From: Chrysemys picta bellii
Taxonomy: Eukaryota
Direction of reading: 5' to 3'
Length of the DNA stretch: 64,000 nt
Assembly: GCF_011386835.1 (NCBI RefSeq)
Contig: NC_088795.1
Location: forward strand, 75,950,001 to 76,014,000
A program made the position numbers and the translations under genes. Positions within the stretch are counted from its first letter, which is position 1, and each line of letters begins with the position of its first letter. The notes beneath the pieces were generated by a model that was not told the DNA's origin, searched no databases, and saw only the letters and a program-made list of their open reading frames with translations. This document shows, piece after piece, positions 1 through 13,060 of this stretch.

Positions 1-463
1 AATGTTGCTTCTATTTTAAAATAATCAGTTTTCCATTTCCAGCTTGAATTATGACCCCAACAAAAATCCAGACGTAAGCATTTACCATTATGCTGAAAAG
101 TCAAGGTTGTTACATTTTAAGGGAAAGTCCCTCTTGGATCATTGTCAACACCTGTTAACAGACAGAAATACAAATGGTACATGTTTACAATTAAACATAC
201 TATTCTTGTTTGTCAAGTTCCCATCTTATAAAAATTTCTAGCTATTTTCTGTTTTCTCTATAGTTGAGTCACAGTCATAAGTGGAGGCAACATTTCTTGG
301 TATATCCATCTTTACTGTTGAGGAAGATGGACACAAGTCAGCCATTGGACGTTTGACTTAGTTAACAGAGTACTGTATAGGAACAATGAATATAACATAT
401 CTGTTTCCTTCATTAAGGAAATTAATGTTTTGACCTGATTTTCGAAGATGCTGATTACCTACC

Positions 464-542
464 AGTTCCTATGGACCTCACTGGAGGTGTGGGTGGTCAG
501 CACTGTTGAAAAATCTGGTGTTTTTCTTTTAGGTTTTGATCC
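464..542 (-). CDS. candidate exon of the unnamed minus-strand gene (SKPKRKTPDFSTVLTTHTSSEVHRN)
   Basis: Acceptor catttgcag, donor CTG|gtaggt, one open frame. No homology recognised; could be a pseudo-exon. Confidence 0.25.
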
Positions 543-700
543 TGCAAATGGATGCACATGGGCAGGCCCTCGCATTCACACAGAGCTCATTCAAGTCACT
601 GGGTCTACCTGCACATATCCAGTTACAGAACTAGGGCCCTGAATCATAAATTCTTCAAGACAAAGACTGTGCTTCTTTTTAATGTTTGAAGAGCTCATAG

Positions 701-885
701 TGTAACACCAACAGACCCCGGTCGTTGGCAGGCGAGATCGAACCTGGGGTCTCTGGAGCTTAGTACATGAGCCGCTACCGCATGAGCTAAAAGCCCACTG
801 GCTGTTAGCTAAGGCTGTAGAGCAGACTCATTTTATCTCTCTAAGTGGTCTCGGTGCCACTAGCTGGGACATAACACCACCCTCA
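701..885 (-). mobile_element. tRNA-headed SINE-like repeat
   Basis: Minus strand shows an A-box-like TAGCTCATGCGGTA (~776-789) and B-box GGTTCGATC (~736-744) at tRNA spacing. The rest is not tRNA-like, so this is a repeat rather than a tRNA gene. Confidence 0.65.
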
Positions 886-2599
886 GGAGGTTGCCTTTGT
901 GGGTGCTACTAGAAAGAAGTAATAAAAATATAGTAGGTAGTAGAAATTGACACATTCCAATTATTTCTTTTTTTAAACAGCTAGTATCTACCAAAATTAT
1001 AATTTATTTTCAGTGAGAAAGGTCTGCTCCATGACGGCCAGAGACTATTTATAGGAGCTATACAATATAAAATTAATGCATCACTCTTGTATAAAACATT
1101 TCTTCTCAGAAGAGAATCCCATGACAGATTTTAACTTCAATATATTTACAGACTAACTTTATTTTCAATAAAACTGCACAGATTAAATATATGCTAAGCT
1201 AATGTGTTACTTCAGGATATGGTAATAAAATGCCAAAGAACAAGCTGCAAGCTGTTTGTGACTTAAGATGCTCAAAGAATTAATTTTATGCTGGCATATA
1301 CTGTAATTAGAAATGGCTCTGTGCATCGTGATTAAGCTAGTAACTATAGTAACCAAGGTAGAACAGAACGGGTGTAAAAGACGACAAGCTGAATAAGCCA
1401 ATGATAAGCCTCTATTAATCTGTTTATTTTTATTTAATCTTTGTCAAATAAAATTGGAATAATATAAAATAGTAGACATTTTGATTGTCTTCTTCCCTTG
1501 TTTAAGACAGAATGAAACATTGTTCTTAAAGTGTTTCTTAATGAAGGTAACAGACACTGTTTTAACAGCAGAACTTCTCAGCCCACACAGTGTTAAAACA
1601 CACGTACAGTGCCATATTCCATTCTATATTAAATAGGTGGCATTTGGTGGCATATATTTATCTCTAGATGAAATGACATATCTGCAGGTTTGATTTTGAA
1701 AAATGTACACTATGCCAAAATATTCACCTCTATTTTTATACAAAAGCACTTGTTGCTTAATCCTAGAAATGTCAAGAACAGTTTTAAAATTTGTATGCAG
1801 GCGAAGTGAAATTATAAATGCAGGAATATTTTCATTTCGCATTCATTAACACCGCCAAACAGTTAAGTCACTTAACACAGTTACTCTCTGGAGATTCATT
1901 CTACACAGGATAACAAACTGAAGGCATCTAAACAAAATGGAGCAAAAGGAATCAGCTGCTATGAATTCTCTTAATGTACTTTCTATGCTATTTGCATGTT
2001 GGCAGTAATTTGCTACATAATAAAGCCTTGCTGTCATTCTCACCAGCAGTCACTAGAGGGAAAACTATTCAAATACTAACAAAACAGTTCTTTTTTAAAG
2101 ATTAATGAAAATATAATCTGTTAGTTCCACTTGAAAATGAAGGACAGATATAGAAAATGGGAAGAAAGGATTAAGAGGCACAAAGGAGCTGGGAAGTAGT
2201 CCATCATAGTAACCCTCCTGCCAAATAAGTAAAGAAAGCCAGAGATATGGGCTGGCCTAGTAAAATGCTGTTTGCGTTGTCATACAGGTGACTAGAATGT
2301 GAGTGCGGATCAGTTTTTTGTTTCTCAGGAATTGGCAGCACTGCAGCAACTGAATACTCAGCTCCAAACTATCTGCAGAGAAAGAAATGCTCGATGTTGC
2401 TCATCACACCTCTCTGCACAGCCCCGATCATATGAGCACCATACAGACACAGGGATACACCTACATGCAGTATGTAGCAGGATCGGGGCCTTGGACAGCA
2501 AAGTTAATTGGCACAGATAGAGTTCAATTCCTTCCCACAGTTTAAAGGATTTGGGCTGAGAAGTGTAGAGACCACTGTCTATCACGCTGACCAATGTTC

Positions 2600-2790
2600 T
2601 CCCATTGTTTCCTTGCATTCCCTAGTCAATCTGTCTGTATCCATCTGCTGTCTCTTGTCTTATACTTTGATTGTAAGCTCTTTGGGGCAGGACCATCTTT
2701 TTGTTTTGTATGGAAAGCACCTACCACAATGGGGTTCTGGTCCATGAATGGTGCTTCTAGATGGTACAGTAATACTACTAATAATAAAGT
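2600..2790 (+). mobile_element. L2/MIR-type 3' tail remnant
   Basis: ttgattgtaagctctttggggcagg...agcacctaccacaatgggg ending in aat/taa repeats, the typical L2-like 3' end. Confidence 0.55.
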
Positions 2791-5700
2791 AAAGCACAGA
2801 AAATCAAGAAATCCATTGAGACCTTCAGAGGAAAACAATTTAATAAACATGTTTTGCAAGCTTGAGAAGAGGCAAAAGAAGAGATGAGAGTATGCATAGC
2901 TAATTCTTCCTTGAAAGAGAGAAATTGAAAGTTACCAAGTATGAGCCAGGTTGGACCATTAGCTCAGCAAAATTAAGTCTAACAGATATTGAAGATAACA
3001 GCAGACATCAGCACACAAAACTAAGAAATCTAAAAAAAGTTACTCAGCCACAAAAAGGAAAAGTGAACTGACAGCAGAGAAGTGAGAACGGGCTTGCAAT
3101 GAACAAGAAAATCCAGTCACCATATACTAGAGCAAGATAATTTACATTTAAATTATGCACATTAAATGTTCTCCCCTTCTGAAAATTGATTAGTCTTTTC
3201 AATTAGCACCTGAAACCCAACTCCAAAAATAATGTTGCAAATATAAAGCCTCTTCATTTTATGAGAAAAATAGTTTGTTTCATTGTCAAAGAGCCAGGAA
3301 TGTAAATAATATATATTTCTATTAAGAAAGAGGTCTGCATTCTGCCCTATCCTCTATTCTTCAAAGTTTACTTTTATAGAAACAGGCTAGGGAGAGCACT
3401 ACAAAATTATGAGCATCGTCTACAGAAAAGGACTAGTCAGACAATACTCTGACATCTGGATTATCCATAGCTATTGATGAACCTTTAAGTGGAGTCATCA
3501 CTGCACAGGATACATGTCTTCTCTAAGAAAGGATGGCAGAATCTGCCCTTACTCATGTCAAATTGTATCTTATTCTGTGAGCAGTCTCATTACATTCAGT
3601 ATGTCTAAAGATAGAATAAGGTATTACTTTGACTGCAGGAAAACAAGAATTCCATTTCACTCACACACACACCAAGTTTCAATATCTGAATCCATTCCAA
3701 TGCACAATAAAACCAAGAGCTTTCCAAACTTTTCATGGGGGTGGAGAAGCAGGGGGAGGTGGGGAAGGGCTATTCTAGGGTGGGTCATTCAATTCTATCC
3801 CACACCCGAGAAGTCTTCCTGACAAATGTTTTATCAAAGCTGCTATATTTCCACAAAAGTTTCAGTTTAGAGAAATCTGCATTTTCCAACAAAAAATTTT
3901 TTTGTCAAAAAAGTTCCAACCAGCTTTAGTACTACTTAACTTGAGAATACTGGCAGAATGTGACCCAAAGTAAGCAGAATATTTAAAAAGAGGCATGTTG
4001 ATTGGTCTACTATTCCCTTGAAAGAGCCAGTAAAATGCAACTGACACTCAGAATTTAAGAGCCGTAATTAGAATTCAGGAAGTTCAGAAAAAGTTATAGC
4101 AGAGGATCTTGTATTTGACCATAGGCACACATGTATACTTCAATCTTTGAAATGATGTTAGGGAATTTAGGGCTCTGAGCCATTAGCCAATATTCAGAGT
4201 CATTCTGATTGTTTTCATTAGGAGGAGACATTTATGATTAGGTCAGGTATTTCTTTGACATAAACTTTCTTAGTGACAAGCAATCTACACAAAGTCCTAT
4301 TTCCCTGAAAACCGGAGAAATCAAACAACAAGAGGCAATTTAGTTGCTCATAGGTCTAAGCTTCTTTCCAGTCAGCATTCTGCCCCAAAAGCAGAAGGTG
4401 CATTCTCTCAGGGCTGCATTTCCAGTGTATTTCTGTCTGTCTCGGCTTTCCTGCTGCATTCCCTGCCTGTTCCTGACAGCTTCTGCTCACAGACACACAC
4501 ATACATCTCCATCAAACAATACCCAGTGAAAACCTTCCATCCACGTAAGTTTCTGACTGGCCTTGCATGTGGTTTCTATTTTGGGTGGTGGCTCATATTG
4601 TTTTAGCTCCCTTACTCCAAAAAGGGAGCTTTAGTGGTTGTTACATTTATCCTGAACAAAGAGCATCTATTACATCCATTAACTTGAACAGGATTTCACC
4701 AAACCTCCATCATAATAATATTTATGTAAAGAAAACTGTTAGAGTATCTTTCGCCTAAAGAGCATCATCTGCCTGATGATTATATTTACTACATCATGTG
4801 CTGCATTTGGTGTTGAGTCTCTTGATCAGCACAGGCGGATAATCAGGATTTTGGAGAGAAGCTCATTAATGGCAAAAACAGACAATGGTATCAGCTTTGT
4901 GTTTACTGCTGGCATCAAATGAGTGTAAAATTTGTATCTACAAAGATGTGCTGATTGGCACTATTCATTCTTCACATTTAGTACAATTCTGTAAAGAAGG
5001 GTGACACAAAACTTCAGTTTAAAATCTTCATTAGGCTATGGGAAGGATTTGCTATCTGGGAGTCTAATGAAAACTCATAGCTCTCAGGATTTACTGGATG
5101 CATTCAAGGAGGTTGTCAATTAATTTTAAGTGCCTTTGGGAGAAGGGAAAGAAAAGCCCCAATAGAGAGATATTAACACTGGATATTGAATTAGATCTGG
5201 AAAGAACAAAATTGTGCCTAGCTGGGTTAGCTATAAAGTCTTAGAGTTATTGGTTTCAATATTTCAAGTGAAAATCCAATGTTACAGTAAAATTAAATAT
5301 GAATTGATATGAAGTTTGAAAAATATATTGAGTACCAATAGCCATTGGCCAAACCACACGAGCCAGAGACTGATGCCCGTACCCGCATTTCCCTACCATC
5401 ACTGAACTTCACAGGCAACATCTTCACGAGAAGCCCAGTCTTCATCTGAACTGCTGTGAGGGGAGTGGGTGGGTGATACTTTCATTGATTCCTGCTCGGC
5501 AGCCCCTTTGCTTGTGTCAGCCTCTGACTACTATGTTTATGATACAATAAAGCCCTCTCCACCTTCCCTGTTGCCTACCGTCAGCTCCTAGAAAGGAGAA
5601 GCTCTCTCATTCTTTCCTAATTAGCATACAACCCCACAGCAGTGCCTAACTGCTGTGACAGTATAGAAGAGCCTCTCTCCAATACCACATCTGTTCCACA

Positions 5701-6904
5701 GCCTCCATTTTCCCACCTACTGCAGCCTCTACCCCTCCATCAAGTTTTGGGTCATTCTCCCTTAGGAACAAGTTTCCTACCTTCATCAATTTCCCTGCAC
5801 ACCAGCAGAGTGAAACTGACACTCTTATTGTCAGTGTCACTACTAGCCATATGATTCTAAATTGTAGTATTAAAAATGACTCAAAGACAGCACAAAGGGG
5901 TATCTTAATAAGCAGAAGGACATTATTTTTGTAATTAAACATTAAATTCTGCAGGAATTAATAGCACAGAACCTTCCATCCCAAAACACACACAGAAAAA
6001 CCCTCCTTGTAACCACCGTTAAGCAGATTTTTCAATCCATGAATGGCTCACTCAGACTGTGCTTGAGCCACTTATGCTGCCTATCCACCACAATAACATT
6101 TAAAATGAGTTCTCTGCAACTTAATACAATTAGGAAGATTGATGTGACACCTTAATACTGTTTTAAGGCAAACAGATTTTCTTAGCTAAATATACCTGTA
6201 GCAGGGCTGCCACTTACTGAGCGGTCCCAGTAGCCAGAGTTCCTTTTGCAGCAGCCTCCCTCTGTTCTCCCTCTTCAGGGCCTCTTACAGAGCCCCATAG
6301 ACTATCTTATAAATCCTACCACCCTCCACTGACCACACACAGTCCCACCAATAAAATCCATCACTACAATCTAAAGGTTCACATTTATCTCTGGCTCTTC
6401 TGCCATCCACACAGAACTCTTCCTCTGCCACAGCCTGCTCTTCATAGGGGTTAACTTTCACAAATGTCTCTCTGGAGTTTAGCCTTCTGGGTCTGGCTTC
6501 CTTCTCTTGTCAGTGTCTCCCCTATTCTGAGGGACAAGAAAGTCCATATACCTCCCTCCTTCAGAGAGACCTTCTCAACTGGCTGGAAAAGAGGGTAGCT
6601 CTAGCTCTGCCCCCATCCTAAACGACTGGGTTCCTGATCCCAGCCCTTAAAGAAATAGCATCCTGGGGTTCCCCCCTCCAACTCCCAATTCCTCTCTTTT
6701 GCTACCAGGCTTTTTCTTGGGCTTTTGTTCATTCTAACTCTCTGGAACAGTCTCTTCTCTCCCCCTTTAGTTTTAAAGGGGCAGTATACTCCATTACAAT
6801 ATCCCTGTGAGAAAATGGGTCACAAAACTAGGAAGAAGTGCTCAAAAATATCTTTAAAAAAAATTGGATATCTGAAATGTTCTAATAACCATCTAAATTA
6901 TAAA

Positions 6905-7585
6905 TAGGGCCCTACCACGGTCATAGGATTTTAAAAATAGTAAATTTCATTATTTCAGATATTTAAAACAGAAATTTTACAGTTTTGTAATTGTTGGGTT
7001 AGGGTCCTGACCCAAAAAGGAGTTGTGGAGGGCGGGGGTCACAAGATTATTGAACTACCCCTACTTCTGCACTGCTGCTGGCAACAGTGCTGCCTTCAGA
7101 GCTGAGTAGCCAGAAAGCAGCGGCTACTGGCCGGCAGCCCAGTTCTGAAGGCAGAGCCACCGCCAGCAGCAGTGCAGAAATAAGGATGGCATGGCATGGT
7201 GTTGCCACCCTTACTTCTGCGCTGCAGCCTGCAGAGCTGGGCCCTTAGTCAGCAGCCACCACTCTCCAGCTGCCCAGCTCTGAAGACAGCAGTGCAGAAG
7301 TAAGGGTGGCATGGTATGGTATTGCCACCATTACTTCAGTGCCCAGCCAACAGCCGCTGCTCTCCAGCTGCCCAGCTCTGAAGGCAGCGCAGAAGTAAGG
7401 ATGGCAATACCACAACACACCTAAAATAACCTTGTGACCCTCCTGCAACTCCCTTTTGGGTCAGGGCCCTCATTTGAGAAACACTGGTCCCCCCTGTGAA
7501 ATCTGTGTAGGATAAAAGCACACAGAAGGCCAGATTTCATGGTCCGTGACATGTTTTTCATGGCCGTGAATTTGGTATAGCCTTA
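6905..7585. mobile_element. non-autonomous hAT element
   Basis: Imperfect TIRs (tagggccctacca / ttggtatagcctta), perfect 8-bp TSD attataaa on both sides, internal repeats of ctctgaaggcag..cagtgcagaagtaaggg. Confidence 0.85.
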
Positions 7586-7818
7586 ATTATAAATGCCTCT
7601 ACACAGGAAGACCATCTTCATTCTTTCTGTAATGTGCAATGCTTGCTAACAAACACAACCACTCAGATAATGTTTTTTTTTTTAACTCCATTTGCTATAC
7701 AGTTGACTTGTGACTGAAGCATGGTATTACAGCTTCTTGGTGTGAAGTATTCACTCGCTGCAAGAGACTCACATGGTGCCACATATAGGAAATCACCCAG
7801 ACAGTTCGTGGAACTAAC

Positions 7819-7962
7819 TTGCGGAATCCAGTAAAGAGTAAGACAAGCAGATTCCATTGGAACCCAGACGTTCAAAATTAAATGTCAAAAAACCTATTAG
7901 GGTCACTGAAAATGACACCAACATCATTTGCTTAACTTTTCTGCATTCCATAAAAAGTGCTT
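7819..7962 (-). CDS. candidate 144-nt phase 1-1 exon (ALFMECRKVKQMMLVSFSVTLIGFLTFNFERLGSNGICLSYSLLDSA), hydrophobic stretch
   Basis: Acceptor (tc)n-tcag, donor GCAA|gttagt, only one of three frames open. Product not recognised. Confidence 0.45.

Positions 7963-7964
<2 letters not shown>

Positions 7965-8004
<40 letters not shown>
7965..8004. repeat. (GA)20 microsatellite
   Basis: Direct reading. Confidence 0.95.
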
Positions 8005-8007
<3 letters not shown>

Positions 8008-9614
8008 TGTGTCCAGGACAAGAATTTCCTAAAGTTTTGAGTTACGCTTCTGCTCTCAAAAATAACCACTGCAGTACCTAGAACAAGCTGTTACAACCAA
8101 AAACAGCTTGTGAACTTGACAGCTAGACCTGGTCACTTTATTCAATTAATGCCTTTTAAAACACATTGCTACAACTATAATTTGAAAAACCTGAATCACT
8201 AGCAGAAGAGCAAACCTGGGTTATCCAGGATTTATACATATATTACTTTCCAAAATTATAGGTATTTTGCTTTGAAAATAAATCAAAGCATTTGAAAATA
8301 TTATCTGAAATTCAGATATCAATTCCCCCACTCCACTCCCAGTCTTTGACAGAAACTCTCTGAAGTGCTTAATAAGCACAACATTATAATTCAATTACTG
8401 TGACTTTCTCAAAAGCAGGAAATAAACTATTCAACTATTTTTTCTAGTGTGGAGTACAAGAAATATATTAGTTAAAACAACAACTCATTTCTCGGCTATG
8501 TCTACACTACCGCGGTAAGTCGACCACAATACCACTAACAATATTTATACCTGGAAATAAATGAAAGGTAAAGTGACTAGAAGCTCGGTGGGCCTTCTCT
8601 GTTTAAAGAAAGAAAATATTCCTTGTTAGCAGTGGCATAAAGCCATATTACACAGCCTCACACAGTAGTCCCCTTCTCACAAGTGGATTTTGTGACTCCA
8701 TACATCCTGATCACCACAGACTGCATCACAGTCAGTTTCCTGGAATGACCCTGATCACACTGAATCTCCAATATTTTAAGACTATAATTTCCCCCCAACT
8801 TCTTTATGCCAAATGTAGGGAACTTCCTATCTATACTTAAATTGCCTTAAATAATAGTAATTTGATTTTCAAACGGTGCTGAGCAACTGATTTCAATAGT
8901 ATTTTTGGGTGTTCAGAACTTCTGAAAGTCAGTCCACAAAAGTGTTTAAATACAGATTTAAGAGCCTAACCTTTAGGCACACAAATTTGAAAATTTTGGC
9001 AGTAGGCAGTAATCTCCTTAGGTCAAGATTCAGATCTAATGTTTCTTCAGCTCCTTGCACTATGTAAGTACTCAAGAAGTTAGGTTCCAACCCTCCAACT
9101 TCTTGGACACAGACAGACTGCTGCTCACACACAACCATTTTCAGCTAAAAAGGAGGAAATATAATAAATGAAAATTCCTTCCTGGCCCTAAAGAAAGGCA
9201 AACTTGACACCTGCTAAAGCCCTATAATGTAGTCACTCCTGCTATAGGACACTGTTCAACAGCTGGCTGGCACAAGTAGAGTGAGGGAGAAAAAGGAATG
9301 CAGAGTAGTTGTAACAAAATGCAAGACTATGCAACATTCCAGGTTTTTTACATTCTGATAATAGCTAGAAAATAGACTTATTTTCACTTAATTTGGCAAA
9401 GGTAAGCAGTGGCTTTGAAAAGGCTTTTGCATTAAAAACTACGCTCAACTTTGTATTTCATAAATGCTCTATGTGAAAACAAGGTTTTTTGGAATTTCAA
9501 TAAATGAGGGGACACAAAATGGTGAAAAATTGTGCACAAATTTCCCCCAAACCAAAAAAACTGAATTTAACAAATCTCTAGCGTGAAATGTACTTGCTAG
9601 TATGTAAATGTACA

Positions 9615-9629
9615 CTGCCCTCTACTGGC
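9615..9629 (-). promoter_or_regulatory. CTCF-motif match
   Basis: Minus strand GCCAGTAGAGGGCAG matches the CTCF core; not inside an obvious TE. Motif only. Confidence 0.5.
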
Positions 9630-10414
9630 TGGAATAATACATGTCAGTATTTGTGGCTGTCTACAAACTGGATAACAATGCCAATACTAGTGCTAGAGGT
9701 CTGTAATTTTGCATCCTAAAGACGAACTACATTTCACGTAACCATGTTGTTTGAGCCACAATTTCTTAGAGACAGATGGACTAGATGAACATTGAGGGTA
9801 ATGGAAAGTAGTTCGTTAACAAGATCAAGCCAGCTCTCACAATGGAGGTGCTCTGTGGCAATTGAGCCTGGCCACCTTTCCTATGAATGAAAGTAGGGAT
9901 CACTGAAGAGTAACAGCAAGAGGGCAGATTGCCTCCCTCGGTGTCCCTGCATAGTGTCAGGATCTCTTTGGCTGACCAGGCTGAAAGTAAGGGGCCAAGC
10001 AGTCCCAACTCTCCTCTCACACACCGAATTCTGCAGACGGATATGAAACAGAGCTGGCAGCTGACAAGGAGATCCTCTGCAGTTAAAAATATAAAGAAAA
10101 CAAACCCGCTCAGGTTAAAAGAATGAAAGGTGAGGAACAGCAAAGCCCCCCAGGCTCCCCCCAAATTCTCAAACAAGTACTAAATTTTAGCTGGCTTACA
10201 CTGAACTACTCTCATCTCATTAGTCACCCTTAATCCCATGCAGAATACTTCATGGAAACTACTGCTGCCCCTAGACAGTCATTTCTATCGTCACTCTGTA
10301 AGGGAGAGTGAAGCAGTAGGATATTAGGAGAGTATCCTTTTTGTCACAACTCATTGCGCCCTCCTCTGGCCACCCACACAAGGGCCAGCCACAATTAGCA
10401 GGGTTTTCAGCATG

Positions 10415-11191
10415 TTTTGTCCCCATCCTTGAAATAGCTGCTCCAAAGTGGATGACTCCGGTTAGAGAAATCAATAACTCCACTCAGAGCTGGGGCACGA
10501 AGCCTGTTGTCATGTTCTGGGCAGACATGCCAAACCCTCTAAAAAACACAGATATTGGGCTTGTTTTTGGCTTCATTGGCTTGTGAGTTGCTTGTTGGCT
10601 AATTTTTGGCTTGTAGCTTCTTTTAAATTATCAGCTCCTGGAAAGCAGGGGCAAGTGCAGGAGAGGGTCAGGGGTGCACAGCAGGCTCACCACAGTCCCA
10701 GACTGCAGGCCGGTGTGGGGGGGGGAATCTAGTCACAGAGCGTTGGGGTTCTTAAGGATTAGCTTATTTTGGCCTTGTTTTGAAATGGGATTTGCTTGAT
10801 TTTTGTCCCCATCCTTGAAATAGCTGCTCCAAAGTGGATGACTCCGGTTAGAGAAATCAATAACTCCACTCAGAGCTGGGGCACGAAGCCTGTTGTCATG
10901 TTCTGGGCAGACATGCCAAACCCTCTAAAAAACACAGATATTGGGCTTGTTTTTGGCTTCATTGGCTTGTGAGTTGCTTGTTGGCTAATTTTTGGCTTGT
11001 AGCTTCTTTTAAATTATCAGCTCCTGGAAAGCAGGGGCAAGTGCAGGAGAGAGTCAGGGGTGCACAGCGGGCTCACCACAGTCCCAGACTGCAGGCCGGG
11101 GTGGGGGGGGGAATCTAGTCACAGAGCGTTGGGGTTCTTAAGGATTAGCTTATTTTGGCCTTGTTTTGAAATGGGATTTGCTTGATTTTTG
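10415..11191. repeat. tandem duplication, 386-bp unit x2
   Basis: 10415-10800 and 10801-11186 are identical except for 3 substitutions I could find; ttttg microhomology at the junction. Confidence 0.95.
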
Positions 11192-11278
11192 GCTTATTGT
11201 GAAAGTCAGGTTGCTTATTTACCACGTGAAAGTTGGCAACTCTGGTTCTGGGATATAAGCAAAACCAGCAAGAGATTG

Positions 11279-12502
11279 TGTCACTGCCTGCCCTGTAATC
11301 CTAAGCGTCTCAAACGGCTCTGCTGCTGATGTTCTCTTGTCTGGACATCCCCAGCCATCGCACAAGCCTGCATGGAGTGTCGGAGGTTTAAGCAGCTCCA
11401 ACTCAGCAATTCTGATTCTAGCAGCTTGCTTGTTACACGTCAGCCGAATTCTGGCTACACCTGGCAAGATGACCCTAACAAACCCCCAGTCCCAAACTTT
11501 CCCAAAATCAGGTGCTCTGCTATCTTCAGCCCTCTCCTGGACCATTCAGAGAGAGGCTAACGTTTGCTTGTTCCTTCAAAAGGTACAATACCCAGAAGCT
11601 TGGCACATTAACTGGAGTTAACATCACTTTAAATCAAACACACACTGGGTTGGTTTAGATTAAAAGTAAAACAAGTTTATTAAAAAAGGAGATAGGATTT
11701 TAAGTGAGTTCAAGTACAAAAAAATAGAGTTAGAAATGGTTGCAAACAAGTAAAAAAAAAAAAACACTTCCTAGAGGCTAGGAGTTACCAAAACAAGCTA
11801 CATCCGTTGATCAAGTTAGTTTCCTTACCAATCTACCTTGCCATCAAGGCGGCTGACCACCCATCTAGTCAGAAACTCCCACAAAGCCAAAGTGCTCTGC
11901 TCCTTTGTCTTCTTCGAAAGATGACTATAAAGAGAGGAGCAAATAATCCCAAGTACAGTGGACTTTTTAAACTGATTCTTCTGAAGATTACCCCCAAAGG
12001 AAAGTTCATTCAACCTATGAGGAAGGTGACATGGAGTCTCTTGGTGAAGGAAGTTTCATGCTGTTCCCCCCCCGCCCCGCCCCGGTGTTTGTTAAAATGC
12101 AAAACAGCTGTTTCCTGCAATCACCTCCCCCTGCTGTCTTGATGGTCCTGTTTATCTTCTACGCAATTTCTGTTCCCATTGTCTCAATATACCTTGTTGA
12201 TGCCTTTCAGGTGGCAGAACCTCTTTCCTTTGTCTAGGGTGGAGTAACTTTAGCCCTGCCTGGCAAACACACCTTGATAATATAATTTCCAATGTGTTGG
12301 TAATTTTGAATTTGTCTTCCATACACACACCACATAATAATATTAATGATCGGTATGTTATTAGCTTGCTATTTATAGCTTATATGACACCTTTGAGTTG
12401 TGATACACTGGACTGGTCAGGCCATTTGAAACTTGCTACCAGGTATCAGTGAGACCTTTGCCCTCTTGCACTGGGATGCTCTTGGGGGAGGGGAAGGAGG
12501 CA
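11279..12502 (-). mobile_element. solo-LTR-like element
   Basis: Begins TG.., ends ..CA, minus-strand AATAAA near 11677; no TSD confirmed, boundaries approximate. Confidence 0.4.
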
Positions 12503-12699
12503 CATCTCCCTACAGAGATAAGGTGAGTCAGTTTTTAACCACTGTAATATTCTTATTTTTTGCACCACAAAACATTACAAATAAGAATAACTACTCACTG
12601 TTGGATTAAACTCATTTCATGAAGAAAAGCCTATAGTGTAAGCTAACACAGGTTGCAATTCAGACATACGATACTATCAAGTTGCATGATAGATGTTGA

Positions 12700-13060
12700 G
12701 ACTTTTATCAAAACTCCATGGCAATCATGTCTTCACGACCTCCAAGCTGGGTTACTGCAACTCATCATAACTACTGATGAGCACTCCAATATTTAAACAA
12801 CTAATTAATCCAGAATGCAGCATCCTGCTACTTCAGCAACACCAGCAGCAAAGAACACATCAGCCCACTAGTGTACTCACCTCACTGGTATCCCACAGAA
12901 TACCAAATAAAATTCAGTCTTGGTGCTAGTCTTCAAGGCCTTCTATGAAGAAACCCTAAGAGCACCCCTCGCTCTTTCCCCTCCCATGATGTTGACCTTG
13001 CCCAAGAGCTACATTCCTCAAGAAAAATGTGATGCTCATAAGGTTAGGAGACAGGGCTCT
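12700..13060 (+). mobile_element. L2 LINE ORF2 C-terminal remnant
   Basis: Decayed motifs SKLGYCNS (12741), IQNAAS and LVFKAF correspond to the L2/CR1-clade SRLDYCNS..QNAAAR..FKAL end. Confidence 0.75.

Noticed and set aside
722-795. Functional tRNA gene
   Set aside because: A/B boxes are present but I cannot build a clean cloverleaf, and it is embedded in a longer repeat; treated as SINE-like.
2331-2469. Plus-strand exon-like segment (ELAALQQLNTQLQTICRE..)
   Set aside because: Acceptor and donor are plausible but no compatible plus-strand partner exons were found; likely a pseudo-exon.
7060-7420. CRISPR-like or regular repeat array
   Set aside because: Degenerate internal repeats of a TSD-flanked hAT element in a vertebrate genome; no repeat-spacer regularity.
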